DNA from: a bacterium
GTDB lineage: Bacteria; Zixibacteria; MSB-5A5; GN15; FEB-12
Assembly: GCA_043811375.1 (NCBI GenBank)
Contig: JBDRNJ010000069.1
Coordinates: 1-45,897, forward strand
Direction: 5' to 3'
Length of the DNA: 45,897 nucleotides
Below the pieces are notes generated by a model. That model was not told the DNA's origin, made no database searches, and saw only the letters and a list, made by a program, of their open reading frames with translations. Below, one piece after another: positions 28,410-37,536 of this stretch. Positions within the stretch are counted from its first letter, which is position 1, and every line of letters begins with the position of its first letter. The translations under genes and the position numbers were made by a program.

Positions 28410-29097
28410 GAAACACTCTCCCAAATCAGGCCGACTTGTCGTCGGCTACGTCCGGGTATCCACTGCCAGACAGGCCGCCGAAGGCCAGAGCATTGATGCC
28501 CAGGTTCAACGTATCCATGCTTACGCCAAAGCAAATGATCTCACTGTGGACAAAGTCTACACTGAGAACGGAGCCAGTGGCAAGAACACCGACCGACCTG
28601 TCTTAACCCAACTGCTGGCAGACCTGGACGACATCGGTGTCGTGATCGTCTACAAGTTTGACCGGATCAGCCGATCAGTGGTCGATCTGTACAGCCTCCT
28701 GGAGCGTTTTCAGACAGCTGGGATCACCTTCAAATCAGTCAGTGAGGGTGTGGACACCGGCTCGGCCGTTGGCAAGTTCATGATGAACGTACTGGCCGGA
28801 CTCGCTCAAATGGAGCGGGAGTTGATTGGCGAACGGACAAAAGACACTCTGGCCAGCAAGCAGGCCCGCGGTGAACATTGCGGCAGGATACCCTTCGGCT
28901 TTCGCATGGGCGACGACGGTCACCTGGAGCGGGACCCGAGTCAGCAGCTGGTGATTGCCAGGATTAAGAGACTGAGACGAAATGGCCGGTCCGAACGCGA
29001 CATTTCGGAGCGGTTAAGCCTGCCAAAATCGACCGTTCATATTGTCGCGAGCCGACGGAGAAACTGCCGTAACGGTGTGTCACAGTGTCCGTTATGA
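28399..29097 (+). CDS. Small serine recombinase (resolvase/invertase family)
   Basis: VGYVRVST..Q, SGKNTDRP, DRISRS, AQMERELIGERT; C-terminal HTH. Confidence 0.92.
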   Translation: MLTKKHSPKSGRLVVGYVRVSTARQAAEGQSIDAQVQRIHAYAKANDLTVDKVYTENGASGKNTDRPVLTQLLADLDDIGVVIVYKFDRISRSVVDLYSLLERFQTAGITFKSVSEGVDTGSAVGKFMMNVLAGLAQMERELIGERTKDTLASKQARGEHCGRIPFGFRMGDDGHLERDPSQQLVIARIKRLRRNGRSERDISERLSLPKSTVHIVASRRRNCRNGVSQCPL

Positions 29098-29237
29098 GGA
29101 AAAGGTGCCCATAAAACGCTCCCTTTCTGGGCAAAACATTGTCTGAAACTTCTTGAAAAGATGCGCAGACCGCGCATATTAGGATAGATACTGAAACAAT
29201 ACTGAAGTGAAACTGAAACGAATAGGCAAGTGCTTCA

Positions 29238-30890
29238 ATGGCCCGTCACGAGCAGATTGACATTACGACCGCCGACATCGAGAGCATCGCATACCACAAC
29301 ATGCGAATCGGCGACATACCGGTACGTGACATGCAATTGGAAAAACCAAGTCTCGGCCTGACAGGTCGTTTTGACCCCAGCAGCATCATGCCTTGGGAGT
29401 TCGATGATTTTGCCTACCAATTCCGACTTAGCACCGGATACGAAGCGACCGCGGACAGTAGTACCATTCCTTCCGCTTGGGTGGAGCGGAATTTCCAGAG
29501 ACCTTGGCATCTTAGCGTTGATTGGCCCAGCAAGATTCGCAGTGGTCAGCGGATTCGCGTGCTGTTGCTTCCCCATAGGACGATGAGAGACACGAACGGG
29601 TGTGATCAGTTTCCCGAATACAACTTCGGATATGAGTTGCCACACCTGCTCCTATCTGAACAGTTGACGCTCAACACTGCTGACCGGCTTATGAATGTAC
29701 TCCCCGCAATCATCCGAATAATGAACTACTCCTGTCTCGGAGATAGTGCTGAACTCTTCGCGCTGAGGATGTTGATGTTTCTCCATCTGATCGAGTTAGA
29801 GGGCAAGGCCCTCCGATTTGGCTACTCTCCCATTTCCTCCCGCAGATCGCTCAGCAATTGTGGTTTAACGCTGGATCGATTGCGTATGATCGCGTCATTG
29901 GATGACGAGAAGAAGGAAAAATTAGAGCTGTCACTGAACCTACCGAGTTGCCGAATTGAGGATCTGCTCCAATCGTGGGAGGAATTTGGGCAGCGAATGG
30001 CCGTATCGTTTGCAGACGGCATACCTGAGGATGAGAGTATCTTGAACTGCGAAGTGATTCCACCCATTCCATTATCATTTGACAGGATTCAGCAGGTGAT
30101 GAAAGATCGAGGGCAAGATTGGGAGATGCCGGATATCAGTATCCCCTATAAACAATCCAAGTTGATCACCAAGGTTATGGAAGCTTTCCAGGCGCGAGGT
30201 GCTGGGTCTGAGATGGCCACAAACGGTATTGAGGATTCAGTGATAGAGACTCGTGCAGCGTCCAACAAGGAACTGAGCGTTTTTGAGAATCGGGACAGCT
30301 ACTGGATGACTGCCTTTGCAAGTATTGCTGTGAGGGTTCCAGATGTCAAGGGGATGTCATATATACACTTTCTGTTGGGCCACCCTTCCGAACCAGACAA
30401 GTCATATGAATACCACGTCCTTGATCTCGTCGGGCTGGTGGAGGGGCGTCCCCTCGATGCAGTAAGTGAGGCTTTGAGTGGTTTGACCCGAGAGAAGTTG
30501 GGTGAGGCTGGTCTTGACCGTAGCTGGCTGGAAAAACCGGAGAGGATGATTGACCGTCAGACGCAGCGGGAAATCGGACAATGTATCATGGAAATTGAGG
30601 ATCGACTGGCAGCAGGCAATTTCGCTGACCCGACTGAATCCTTGAGGTTGCAGCAAATGCTCACCCAACTGAAGAACTATCAAAAGGCCGCGCTCCGTTT
30701 CCGGGGTGGTACGAGAACTGACGCCTCAGTCACGGAAAAGGCAAGATCAAGCGTTACAAAACTGATCAACAAGGCCAAAGAGAAAATAAGAGAATACAAT
30801 AAAGGCCTTGGGACACATCTGGACAAAAGTCTCCACACGGGGATACACTTTCATTACAGCCCGGAGTACCCAATCGATTGGCAACTGTGA
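29238..30890 (+). CDS. Hypothetical protein with C-terminal putative DNA-binding regulator domain
   Basis: KGMSYIHFLL.HP ... EKARSSVTK.I ... HLDKSLHTG..F.Y.P resembles the C-terminus of large ATPase-type regulators. Confidence 0.6.
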   Translation: MARHEQIDITTADIESIAYHNMRIGDIPVRDMQLEKPSLGLTGRFDPSSIMPWEFDDFAYQFRLSTGYEATADSSTIPSAWVERNFQRPWHLSVDWPSKIRSGQRIRVLLLPHRTMRDTNGCDQFPEYNFGYELPHLLLSEQLTLNTADRLMNVLPAIIRIMNYSCLGDSAELFALRMLMFLHLIELEGKALRFGYSPISSRRSLSNCGLTLDRLRMIASLDDEKKEKLELSLNLPSCRIEDLLQSWEEFGQRMAVSFADGIPEDESILNCEVIPPIPLSFDRIQQVMKDRGQDWEMPDISIPYKQSKLITKVMEAFQARGAGSEMATNGIEDSVIETRAASNKELSVFENRDSYWMTAFASIAVRVPDVKGMSYIHFLLGHPSEPDKSYEYHVLDLVGLVEGRPLDAVSEALSGLTREKLGEAGLDRSWLEKPERMIDRQTQREIGQCIMEIEDRLAAGNFADPTESLRLQQMLTQLKNYQKAALRFRGGTRTDASVTEKARSSVTKLINKAKEKIREYNKGLGTHLDKSLHTGIHFHYSPEYPIDWQL

Positions 30891-30937
30891 TCGTACTCCC
30901 ATTCTCTTTTTCTGAAAATTCGTGACATTTCCGCAGA

Positions 30938-30976
30938 TGTAACCCCAAAGGTTACATTGTAACCCCAAAAGTTACA
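30938..30976. promoter_or_regulatory. Tandem palindromic operators TGTAAC-N7-GTTACA
   Basis: TGTAACCCCAAAGGTTACA (30938-30956) and TGTAACCCCAAAAGTTACA (30958-30976). Confidence 0.7.
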
Positions 30977-31068
30977 CCTCTTACAGTAGAGACAATAAGA
31001 TGGCGCGTTGGCTGCGATGCATTCACTCGCGGCCCGCCGCCTTCACAATGCTGAAAGAGGAAGCCATA

Positions 31069-31266
31069 ATGGCCGCTGATAGGCCTATAACAGACGGTTC
31101 AGCCGGGTTCCATGGTCTGATCGACCTGGTGGCTGAACTCATAGTTCAGCAGCGGTTCTCTGAGATTGAATCGCAGATAAAAGGAGGCGCAGATGAACGA
31201 GAACTCCCCCTACAAGACAGAGAAGCTGATCCTGGCGGCCTATCTGATTGCCGCCGGCAAGTGTGA
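31069..31266 (+). CDS. Small hypothetical protein
   Basis: SD GAGGA, ATG; first ORF after the operators. Confidence 0.4.
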   Translation: MAADRPITDGSAGFHGLIDLVAELIVQQRFSEIESQIKGGADERELPLQDREADPGGLSDCRRQV

Positions 31267-31456
31267 ACTGATCGGGACAGAGCCAACGCCCGGCTCACGC
31301 ATGGTGACGTTTGTACTGTCCAAACAGCCATCGGATGAAGACGTGTCGGCGTTCTTCACCGGGTCGGCAGTGATATCGGCTCTGCGGTATGCAGAAAGCA
31401 TTAATTCCTGTAAAGGGGTGGCATATGAAGCCCGCAAGCGTAGCCAGCAAGCCTGA
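31193..31456 (+). CDS. DUF5659-like small mobile-element protein
   Basis: Y.T.KLILAAYL, V.FV, F.G...ISALRY pattern; SD AGGAGG. Confidence 0.65.
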   Translation: MNENSPYKTEKLILAAYLIAAGKCELIGTEPTPGSRMVTFVLSKQPSDEDVSAFFTGSAVISALRYAESINSCKGVAYEARKRSQQA

Positions 31457-31682
31457 CCTGCCCGTGGATCTCGAATCCTGGGACAGTAAGACACTGGAGC
31501 AATACCTGGCAGAACACGGGATTAGACGTGGGCCACTTCCGTGCAGGCGTGACGTGGACCAGCCGGAGGTGGAAGACTGGGAAGAGTATGAAAAGGCCAA
31601 GAAGCTGATCCAGAGGCTCAACCCCACGCACGAGCAGGAGTTTCTCTTTCGCAATTGGGCAGCGGACTACTTGGTGGTGTGA
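31425..31682 (+). CDS. Hypothetical protein
   Basis: Overlapping ORF in operon-like string. Confidence 0.55.
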   Translation: MKPASVASKPDLPVDLESWDSKTLEQYLAEHGIRRGPLPCRRDVDQPEVEDWEEYEKAKKLIQRLNPTHEQEFLFRNWAADYLVV

Positions 31683-31699
31683 AAGGGAGCCTATACACT

Positions 31700-32296
31700 A
31701 TGGCCAATTTCAATCAAGTATTGGAACGGCTCACCATCCGTGACATCCTGGCCGATGCGGGCTACCACCTGCGAGGTAACCGGCTGCCCTGTTTCTTGCA
31801 TGATGGAAAGAACCCTACATCACTCGCATTTACCGAGCACACTTTCTATTGCCATTCTTGTGGCGCAAGCGGTGGTCTGCTCGACCTAATAGGTTATCTG
31901 CATCATTGCAGTCGAGAGGGCGCGTGCCGATACGCTCACGACTTGGCCGGTCTGCCGTTTGAAGACAATCAAGCCGATCCGCCGCCGGAGTCCTTTCGAC
32001 TGCGGCCGCCCTGTCGAATCAACCCACTGTTGTCAAACGAAGAGTACCTGGCCGCTAAGAATCGACTGGAGTGGCTCACGACCATCCATAAGGGACTCCA
32101 CATATATCTCCAGATCATACGGCGCAACGTGCAGACTGGCAGGATACCACTGGAGGATTTCTACCGGAGAGAGGAAGTCATACTGTACCAGCTTGAGGAA
32201 CTGGATTCGATAGTAAGTGAAGCAAAATGGGAGCTAAGTGAAACAAAAAGGAAGGCAAGAACCTATGACAATACCGAAGCATGTTGCGGCGGCTGA
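31700..32296 (+). CDS. CHC2 zinc-finger (DnaG N-terminal-like) protein
   Basis: CFLH..KNPTS...FYCHSCGASG. Confidence 0.85.
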   Translation: MANFNQVLERLTIRDILADAGYHLRGNRLPCFLHDGKNPTSLAFTEHTFYCHSCGASGGLLDLIGYLHHCSREGACRYAHDLAGLPFEDNQADPPPESFRLRPPCRINPLLSNEEYLAAKNRLEWLTTIHKGLHIYLQIIRRNVQTGRIPLEDFYRREEVILYQLEELDSIVSEAKWELSETKRKARTYDNTEACCGG

Positions 32297-33902
32297 GTTC
32301 GGCTTGGACCACCAGATGAATGAGGTTGGGACCGCCGATCCATTTGAGCAGAAGATATTGGCGATAAATCCCGACCTCTCGCCAGTCGAACGAGCCACGA
32401 CTCTCAGGACGATCATACAAGGACTTGCGGACCTGGACGTCGCGTATGGAGAGGCTGTGCTTTCCCATACGGTCAAAGAGCACTTCGGCCTGACTGCGTC
32501 AGAACTCAAATCTTATCGCGCTGATCTGAACAGATACCGGAAAGATGCCACCAAGCGGACGAACGGCAAGGGTGATGAGCAGACCGGTCAAAAGCGGCCA
32601 GCTTACACAGCCAGGTTCGAGGGCTTGGTTGACGTCGTGGAGCATGATGGCAAGGCGGCGTTCCTCGTGAAGAATGATGATCGACTTGAAATACAGACCT
32701 CTGTTGATATCGATGGCACTAGCCATCACCCACCGCCAGCCAGACAAATTCCCTGGGAGCTACCCCGGGGAAAGAAGGTGGTAGAGATTTACAATGATGA
32801 GAGCCAGATGCGACCGGGAGAGGCGGATTGGGCGACATTTGGAGAGGTTGTTTCCTATCTCAAACAGAACTCCCAGCTTCCAGCCGATGGGCACTATGAT
32901 CTACTGGCTGCCTGGATTCTCCATACATACTGCCTGGAGCAATGTCAGTATTCCCCTGTTATATGTCTCTTTGCTGTGCCCGAACGGGGCAAGAGCCGAA
33001 CTGGCAAGGGTGCCATCTACGTAGCTTACCGTGGTATTTACGTGGAATCTCTGCGGGACGCTTACATGGTCAGGGTGGCCAATAACTTCTGTGCAAGCCT
33101 GTTCATAGACGTCCGGGACGTCTGGCGGCGAGCTGAAAAGGCTGGAAGCGACGATATCCTACTCCTGCGTTACGAGAAAGGAGCCAAAGTCCCCAGAGTC
33201 CTCTACCCCGAAAAAGGCCCATTCTGTGACACTGTGTATTACGATATTTTCGGCCCGACCATAGTCGGTACTAACGAGGGGGTCCACAAGATACTGGAAA
33301 CCAGGGCGATCCAGATGAATATGCCACAGACCGCCAAACGCTTTGAGAACGACATTACACCTGAAATCGCCCTTCCCTTGAAAGAAAAGCTCCTGGCATT
33401 CCGAGCGAGACACCTCGGGGAACCCTTTCCAGATATTGCCAAACCTGCTTTTGGTAGACTCGGGGATATTCTGAAACCGCTCCAGCAGATAATTAGGGCG
33501 GTCAGCCCCGAGCGAGAGAAGAGCTTCCTCGAACTCGTCCGGGACTTGGAGCGAGAGAGGCTGAACGAGAAAGCCGACAGTCTCGAGGCCAGGATTCTTA
33601 CTGTTCTTGAGAGCCTCAGGAACCAGGTGGATAAGGGCAAGTTGGCTATCAAGGATATTACAGACTCCCTGAATGAGGGGAAAACCGAAAGGAACCAGAT
33701 CAGATACCAAACGATCGGCCGAAGGCTATCGGCGATGGGTTTCGAGAAAGCCCGAATGGGCAACAACATGGGCATAGTATGGAACGAGGACCAGATCGAG
33801 CGGTTCCGGAGTGCCTACGGCCTGAAACAAACACACGAAACACACGAAACACACAAAACTGTTGCGTCCCAACGGAGTTTGCTGAGTTCAGAAACTGTGT
33901 GA
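32265..33902 (+). CDS. DUF3631-like replication/helicase-type protein
   Basis: LAAWILHTY, SP.I...PERGKSR (Walker A-like), GP.IVG, LETRAI.M.M, GRL.D..KPL. Confidence 0.65.
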   Translation: MTIPKHVAAAEFGLDHQMNEVGTADPFEQKILAINPDLSPVERATTLRTIIQGLADLDVAYGEAVLSHTVKEHFGLTASELKSYRADLNRYRKDATKRTNGKGDEQTGQKRPAYTARFEGLVDVVEHDGKAAFLVKNDDRLEIQTSVDIDGTSHHPPPARQIPWELPRGKKVVEIYNDESQMRPGEADWATFGEVVSYLKQNSQLPADGHYDLLAAWILHTYCLEQCQYSPVICLFAVPERGKSRTGKGAIYVAYRGIYVESLRDAYMVRVANNFCASLFIDVRDVWRRAEKAGSDDILLLRYEKGAKVPRVLYPEKGPFCDTVYYDIFGPTIVGTNEGVHKILETRAIQMNMPQTAKRFENDITPEIALPLKEKLLAFRARHLGEPFPDIAKPAFGRLGDILKPLQQIIRAVSPEREKSFLELVRDLERERLNEKADSLEARILTVLESLRNQVDKGKLAIKDITDSLNEGKTERNQIRYQTIGRRLSAMGFEKARMGNNMGIVWNEDQIERFRSAYGLKQTHETHETHKTVASQRSLLSSETV

Positions 33903-33932
33903 TTGGTGGGTTTCGTGCCTTTCGTGTGTTTT
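33829..33932. repeat. Iteron-like 9-bp direct and inverted repeats (candidate origin)
   Basis: AAACACACG x2 + AAACACACA (33829-33855); inverted GTTTCGTG and TTTCGTGTGTTT (33910-33932). Confidence 0.65.
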
Positions 33933-34011
33933 ATGCAGTGTGTGGGTAATGGATATTGACAATTCAGCCAGTTCTGGTTACTCTGCACAGAAGCGGGGAG
34001 TAGGTGAAACA

Positions 34012-35652
34012 ATGCGCTGCGCCATTTATAGCAGATATTCGATTGAGACTCAGAGCCCGCGTTCGCTGGTTGACCAGATCAGTGAGTGCCAATCGCTTGC
34101 CAAGCAAAAAGGATGGATTGTACTGCCGGCCCACATTTACCAGGATGCCGCTGTCTCGGGATCGGATGTCAACCGGACGGCCTACGGAGACTTGAAGCGG
34201 GCGGCTCTAAACCGCGAATTTGACTGTATCCTTGTGGATGATCTATCCCGCCTGGGCAGGGACATGGCCGAGTCAGCGAGCATATTCAGGGATCTATCCA
34301 ACATCGGCGCCAGAATAGTCAGTGTCTCAGATGGCATTGACACCAACAACCCTGCGGCTAAGATACCGTTCTATTTCAAGGGTATCATGAATGAGATGTT
34401 CCTTGATGATCTGAAAGCGAAAGTCATCAGGGGACTCAAGGGGCAGGTTCTGCGTGGGTATTCTGCGGGTGGGCGAGTCTACGGATACAATACCAAGCAA
34501 ATCCTCGATCCTTCCGGTGCCACGGACAAGTTCGGCAGACCCAAGCGAATCGGATGTGAGATTACTATCTATCAGGAGCAGGCCCGGATCGTGCAGGAGA
34601 TATTTAACCTTTCAAAATCGGGTTTTGGGTGCAGATCAATTGCTGAGTCACTGAACCAGCGCAAAGTTCCATCTCCTCACGCCTCTGTGGCAGGAAGAAG
34701 TGGATACTGGGGTAGGGGGACTGTCTACTCGATCTTGCATCAAAGGAAGTATCTTGGTGACTGGACTTGGAATAAGTCCAAATGGCTCAACAGGACTCAG
34801 AGTGGAAAACGGATCAAGCAGAAACGTCCCGAATCCGAGTGGGTTCATCACCAGGATGAAGAACTACGGATTGTGTCTGACGAGCTTTGGCAGAGCGTGC
34901 ACCCCGGAAACACTACTCGGACCCGGGTTAGCAGTGGTAGGCGCAGCATTTACCCGTTGTCCGGTGTGCTGAAATGTTCGTATTGTGGTGCCTCACTGGT
35001 CGTTCAAAACAGCGGCAAGTACTCATGCTATATGTGCAACGGCTACCGCAATGGTGGCCGGACCGTCTGTTCAAACAACCGCCGTATCTTACGTGATCCT
35101 CTGGAAAAGTCCTTCTTCGCTGAACTGAATTTGGCTTTTATGAACCCCACTATCCTACAGCAGGTGAAGGAAAAAGCGGAAAATGCGCTCAAGGCACGTC
35201 TGGCTGACTGGCGGCAATCGTTTGAGTCGGCACGATCCAGAAAGCGGGACCTATCGCGACAACTTGACAATTTGATGAAGTTCGTTGAGGATGGTGACAG
35301 CTCCCCGGCAATCAGAGAGAGGATTGCACAAAAGGAAGCAGAGTTGGTCTCCGCTGAGGCGCTGCTTGAAAGAGGTTCCAGACACCGGTGTTTAGATCAC
35401 AACATATCAGTGGAATACCTTGAACGTCACCTTGGGCAACTGGCGACCCTTTTCAAACAGAACAAGCGTTACACAGTGCGCCTGAAGCAGGAAATCAAAA
35501 ACCTCTTCCCTGATGGCTTAGCAGCCGTTCAGGAAGAGGTCGATGAAGGCACACTATTTCAAATCAATGGTACAGCAAGGCCATTTTCATCGGCCCTGTT
35601 GCCCACTTCCAAAATGTCACATAGCGGTACGGGGAATCGAACCCCGGCTTGA
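34012..35652 (+). CDS. Large serine recombinase (integrase)
   Basis: CAIYSRYS..Q, DDLSRLGR, recombinase domain (YGY, YLG), zinc ribbon LSGVLKCSYCG...C...C, coiled coil. Confidence 0.95.
   Translation: MRCAIYSRYSIETQSPRSLVDQISECQSLAKQKGWIVLPAHIYQDAAVSGSDVNRTAYGDLKRAALNREFDCILVDDLSRLGRDMAESASIFRDLSNIGARIVSVSDGIDTNNPAAKIPFYFKGIMNEMFLDDLKAKVIRGLKGQVLRGYSAGGRVYGYNTKQILDPSGATDKFGRPKRIGCEITIYQEQARIVQEIFNLSKSGFGCRSIAESLNQRKVPSPHASVAGRSGYWGRGTVYSILHQRKYLGDWTWNKSKWLNRTQSGKRIKQKRPESEWVHHQDEELRIVSDELWQSVHPGNTTRTRVSSGRRSIYPLSGVLKCSYCGASLVVQNSGKYSCYMCNGYRNGGRTVCSNNRRILRDPLEKSFFAELNLAFMNPTILQQVKEKAENALKARLADWRQSFESARSRKRDLSRQLDNLMKFVEDGDSSPAIRERIAQKEAELVSAEALLERGSRHRCLDHNISVEYLERHLGQLATLFKQNKRYTVRLKQEIKNLFPDGLAAVQEEVDEGTLFQINGTARPFSSALLPTSKMSHSGTGNRTPA
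35621..35637. repeat. Right att direct repeat
   Basis: ATAGCGGTACGGGGAAT, overlaps tRNA 3' end and integrase 3' end. Confidence 0.9.
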
Positions 35653-35693
35653 TGGCTGAGAACCATCTGTCCTAACCCCTAGACGATACCGCC
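35622..35693 (-). tRNA. tRNA-Glu(CTC), CCA not encoded
   Basis: Acceptor GGCGGTA/TACCGCT+A, anticodon arm GATGG-TTCTCAG-CCATC, T-arm CGGGG-TTCGATT-CCCCG. Confidence 0.96.
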
Positions 35694-35731
35694 AGATTTA
35701 TCTTACAGCATCCAAAGGACACATCAGTCCA

Positions 35732-35759
35732 AATATATGACGTTGGTTGTCTTTGTCAA
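35732..35759 (-). promoter_or_regulatory. Promoter of tRNA-Glu
   Basis: Minus strand TTGACA-16bp-TATATT. Confidence 0.7.
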
Positions 35760-36079
35760 GCCCTGCCAGACGATTGCAGCCCGTTGGTCCGGCCGCCACA
35801 CCAGTAATTCAATGGCACTGAATTAATTAGGCCGTGAATCGGGCATGGCGGTCCGGCAACGGTCGATGCTATCAGTGAGAGTTGGGTGTGACTGTGGTAC
35901 GGCCTGCTTTCAGTAGTCTGAAAGTATGAGTGTGAGTCGTTTTGATTGCTGTGCGAAAACAATCCACTCGTGAAAACTCGCTGCCGGCGTGCGGAAGCAG
36001 GCTTCTGAATATCGGATAGTGGTCCTTTTTTTCCCATTTGCTGTTGACATTTACCGGAATTTCGCTATATAAAGCTGAC

Positions 36080-36169
36080 AAGAAAAGCCCCCAAGGAAGC
36101 CCTGCCTGCCCCCCCTCCCGTGTGCTCAAGCCCATCAGGCAGGGTTTCTCCTTCCCTGGGGGCTTTTTT
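36080..36169 (+). ncRNA. Candidate ~90-nt structured small RNA
   Basis: TTGACA(36044) and TATATA/TATAAA(36066-36073) promoter, long hairpin AAAAGCCCCCA..GCCCTGCCTG / CAGGCAGGGT..TGGGGGCTTTTTT. Confidence 0.55.
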
Positions 36170-36298
36170 GGATGGCTCGCTCGGTTCGATTCTTCCGGTT
36201 AAAAAAACCCGCTGATTTGGGTTTCACAAAGCCTGATTCCGACGGCCAAACGGCAGAAAGAGCTTGACAGACAGCGCTTTCGCCGATTATTTAGTCGG

Positions 36299-36904
36299 AT
36301 GTCTCACGATAAACATCAGATGTTCTTTGACCAGTTGGCGACTGAATGGGACCTGAAGTTCACCGCCGAGGACCTGGAGCTGCTTTCGCACGTTGTCGAT
36401 AAGCTTCAAGTCCGGGAAGGCATGGATATCCTTGATCTGGGCTGTGGCACCGGCATCCTTTTTGATATGCTGCGCCGCAAAGTCGGCCGGAACGGCTCCG
36501 TCACCGGGGTAGACTTCTCAATCGAAATGGCTGAGAAAGCACACCGCAATTTCCCCTTTGCCAATGTCAACGTAGTCGATGCCGACGCTACCGATTTGCC
36601 TTTTGCTGATTCCACATTTGATATGGCGGTGGCGTTTTCGGCCTTCCCTCATTTCTCCAATCAGCAGCAGGCGATGGACGAAACTCACCGCATCCTCAAA
36701 CCCCGGGCCAGGTTCTACATTATTCATCTGGTTTCCTCCCGGGAACTTTCGCAGTTGCACCACAAGATCGGGGGGGTGGTGAAGCACGATGAAATCCCGC
36801 CCGAGGCCAAACTTCGCCAAATGTTTAACCACAGCAAGTTTGTTGATGTTGTTATCGATGACCACCCTGGCCGTTACCTGGCCAGTGGGGTAAACTCCAA
36901 GTAG
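36299..36904 (+). CDS. Class I SAM-dependent methyltransferase
   Basis: ILDLGCGTG, GVDFS.EM, DATDLPFADSTFD, FSAFPHF. Confidence 0.9.
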   Translation: MSHDKHQMFFDQLATEWDLKFTAEDLELLSHVVDKLQVREGMDILDLGCGTGILFDMLRRKVGRNGSVTGVDFSIEMAEKAHRNFPFANVNVVDADATDLPFADSTFDMAVAFSAFPHFSNQQQAMDETHRILKPRARFYIIHLVSSRELSQLHHKIGGVVKHDEIPPEAKLRQMFNHSKFVDVVIDDHPGRYLASGVNSK

Positions 36905-36921
36905 CCGTCAGGCAACGCCTG

Positions 36922-37449
36922 ATGACAGATTCCTCTTCCAAAGTCAGATTTGTTGCCCACACGGCGTTGTATCTGGCCATAGCTGTAATCCTGCCGGTGG
37001 CTTTTCACTCTCTGGGTGTGGCCGGAAGGGTTTTCTTGCCGATGCATATCCCGGTTCTTATGGCCGGTTTCCTGATGGGTGCGCCGGGGGGGGTGCTGGT
37101 GGGACTGCTGGCGCCGGGGTTATCTAATCTCCTGACGGGAATGCCGCCGGTCTACGCGGTGCCGCTGATGTCGGCTGAGCTACCCGTTTATGGCCTGGTG
37201 GCGGGGATTGCTTATCGGAGATTACATCTGAATATCTATTTGTCGCTACTGGTCGCGATGGTTTTCGGCCGTATTATGTTCGGCCTGAGCCTGCTGGTGC
37301 TGGGGCGATTCATTGATTTGCCGTACACGGCGGCAGCCTTCTTCTCCGCCGGTGGCGCCATGCTGACCGGCCTGCCGGGGGTTGCTATTCAAATAGTGCT
37401 GGTACCTGTTATTGTGGCTGCCGTCAGACGGCAACGGGGGGTCGGGTAG
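36922..37449 (+). CDS. ECF transporter S component
   Basis: GRVFLPMHIPVL, GMPP, EL.VYG; multi-TM. Confidence 0.8.
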   Translation: MTDSSSKVRFVAHTALYLAIAVILPVAFHSLGVAGRVFLPMHIPVLMAGFLMGAPGGVLVGLLAPGLSNLLTGMPPVYAVPLMSAELPVYGLVAGIAYRRLHLNIYLSLLVAMVFGRIMFGLSLLVLGRFIDLPYTAAAFFSAGGAMLTGLPGVAIQIVLVPVIVAAVRRQRGVG

Positions 37450-37536
37450 AGGTTGTTCCAAAAGGCTCTACATGCTGTTCGAGATGCCAGGGTAATCACG
37501 GTGAGCGGAGTCGAAGCATGGCAGCTATCGGGTATC

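Larger units (their letters stand above)
22008..35637. mobile_element. Integrative element / genomic island in tRNA-Glu
   Basis: 17-bp terminal direct repeat matching tRNA 3' end; large serine recombinase, resolvase, CHC2 zinc-finger and DUF3631-like genes inside. Confidence 0.9.
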
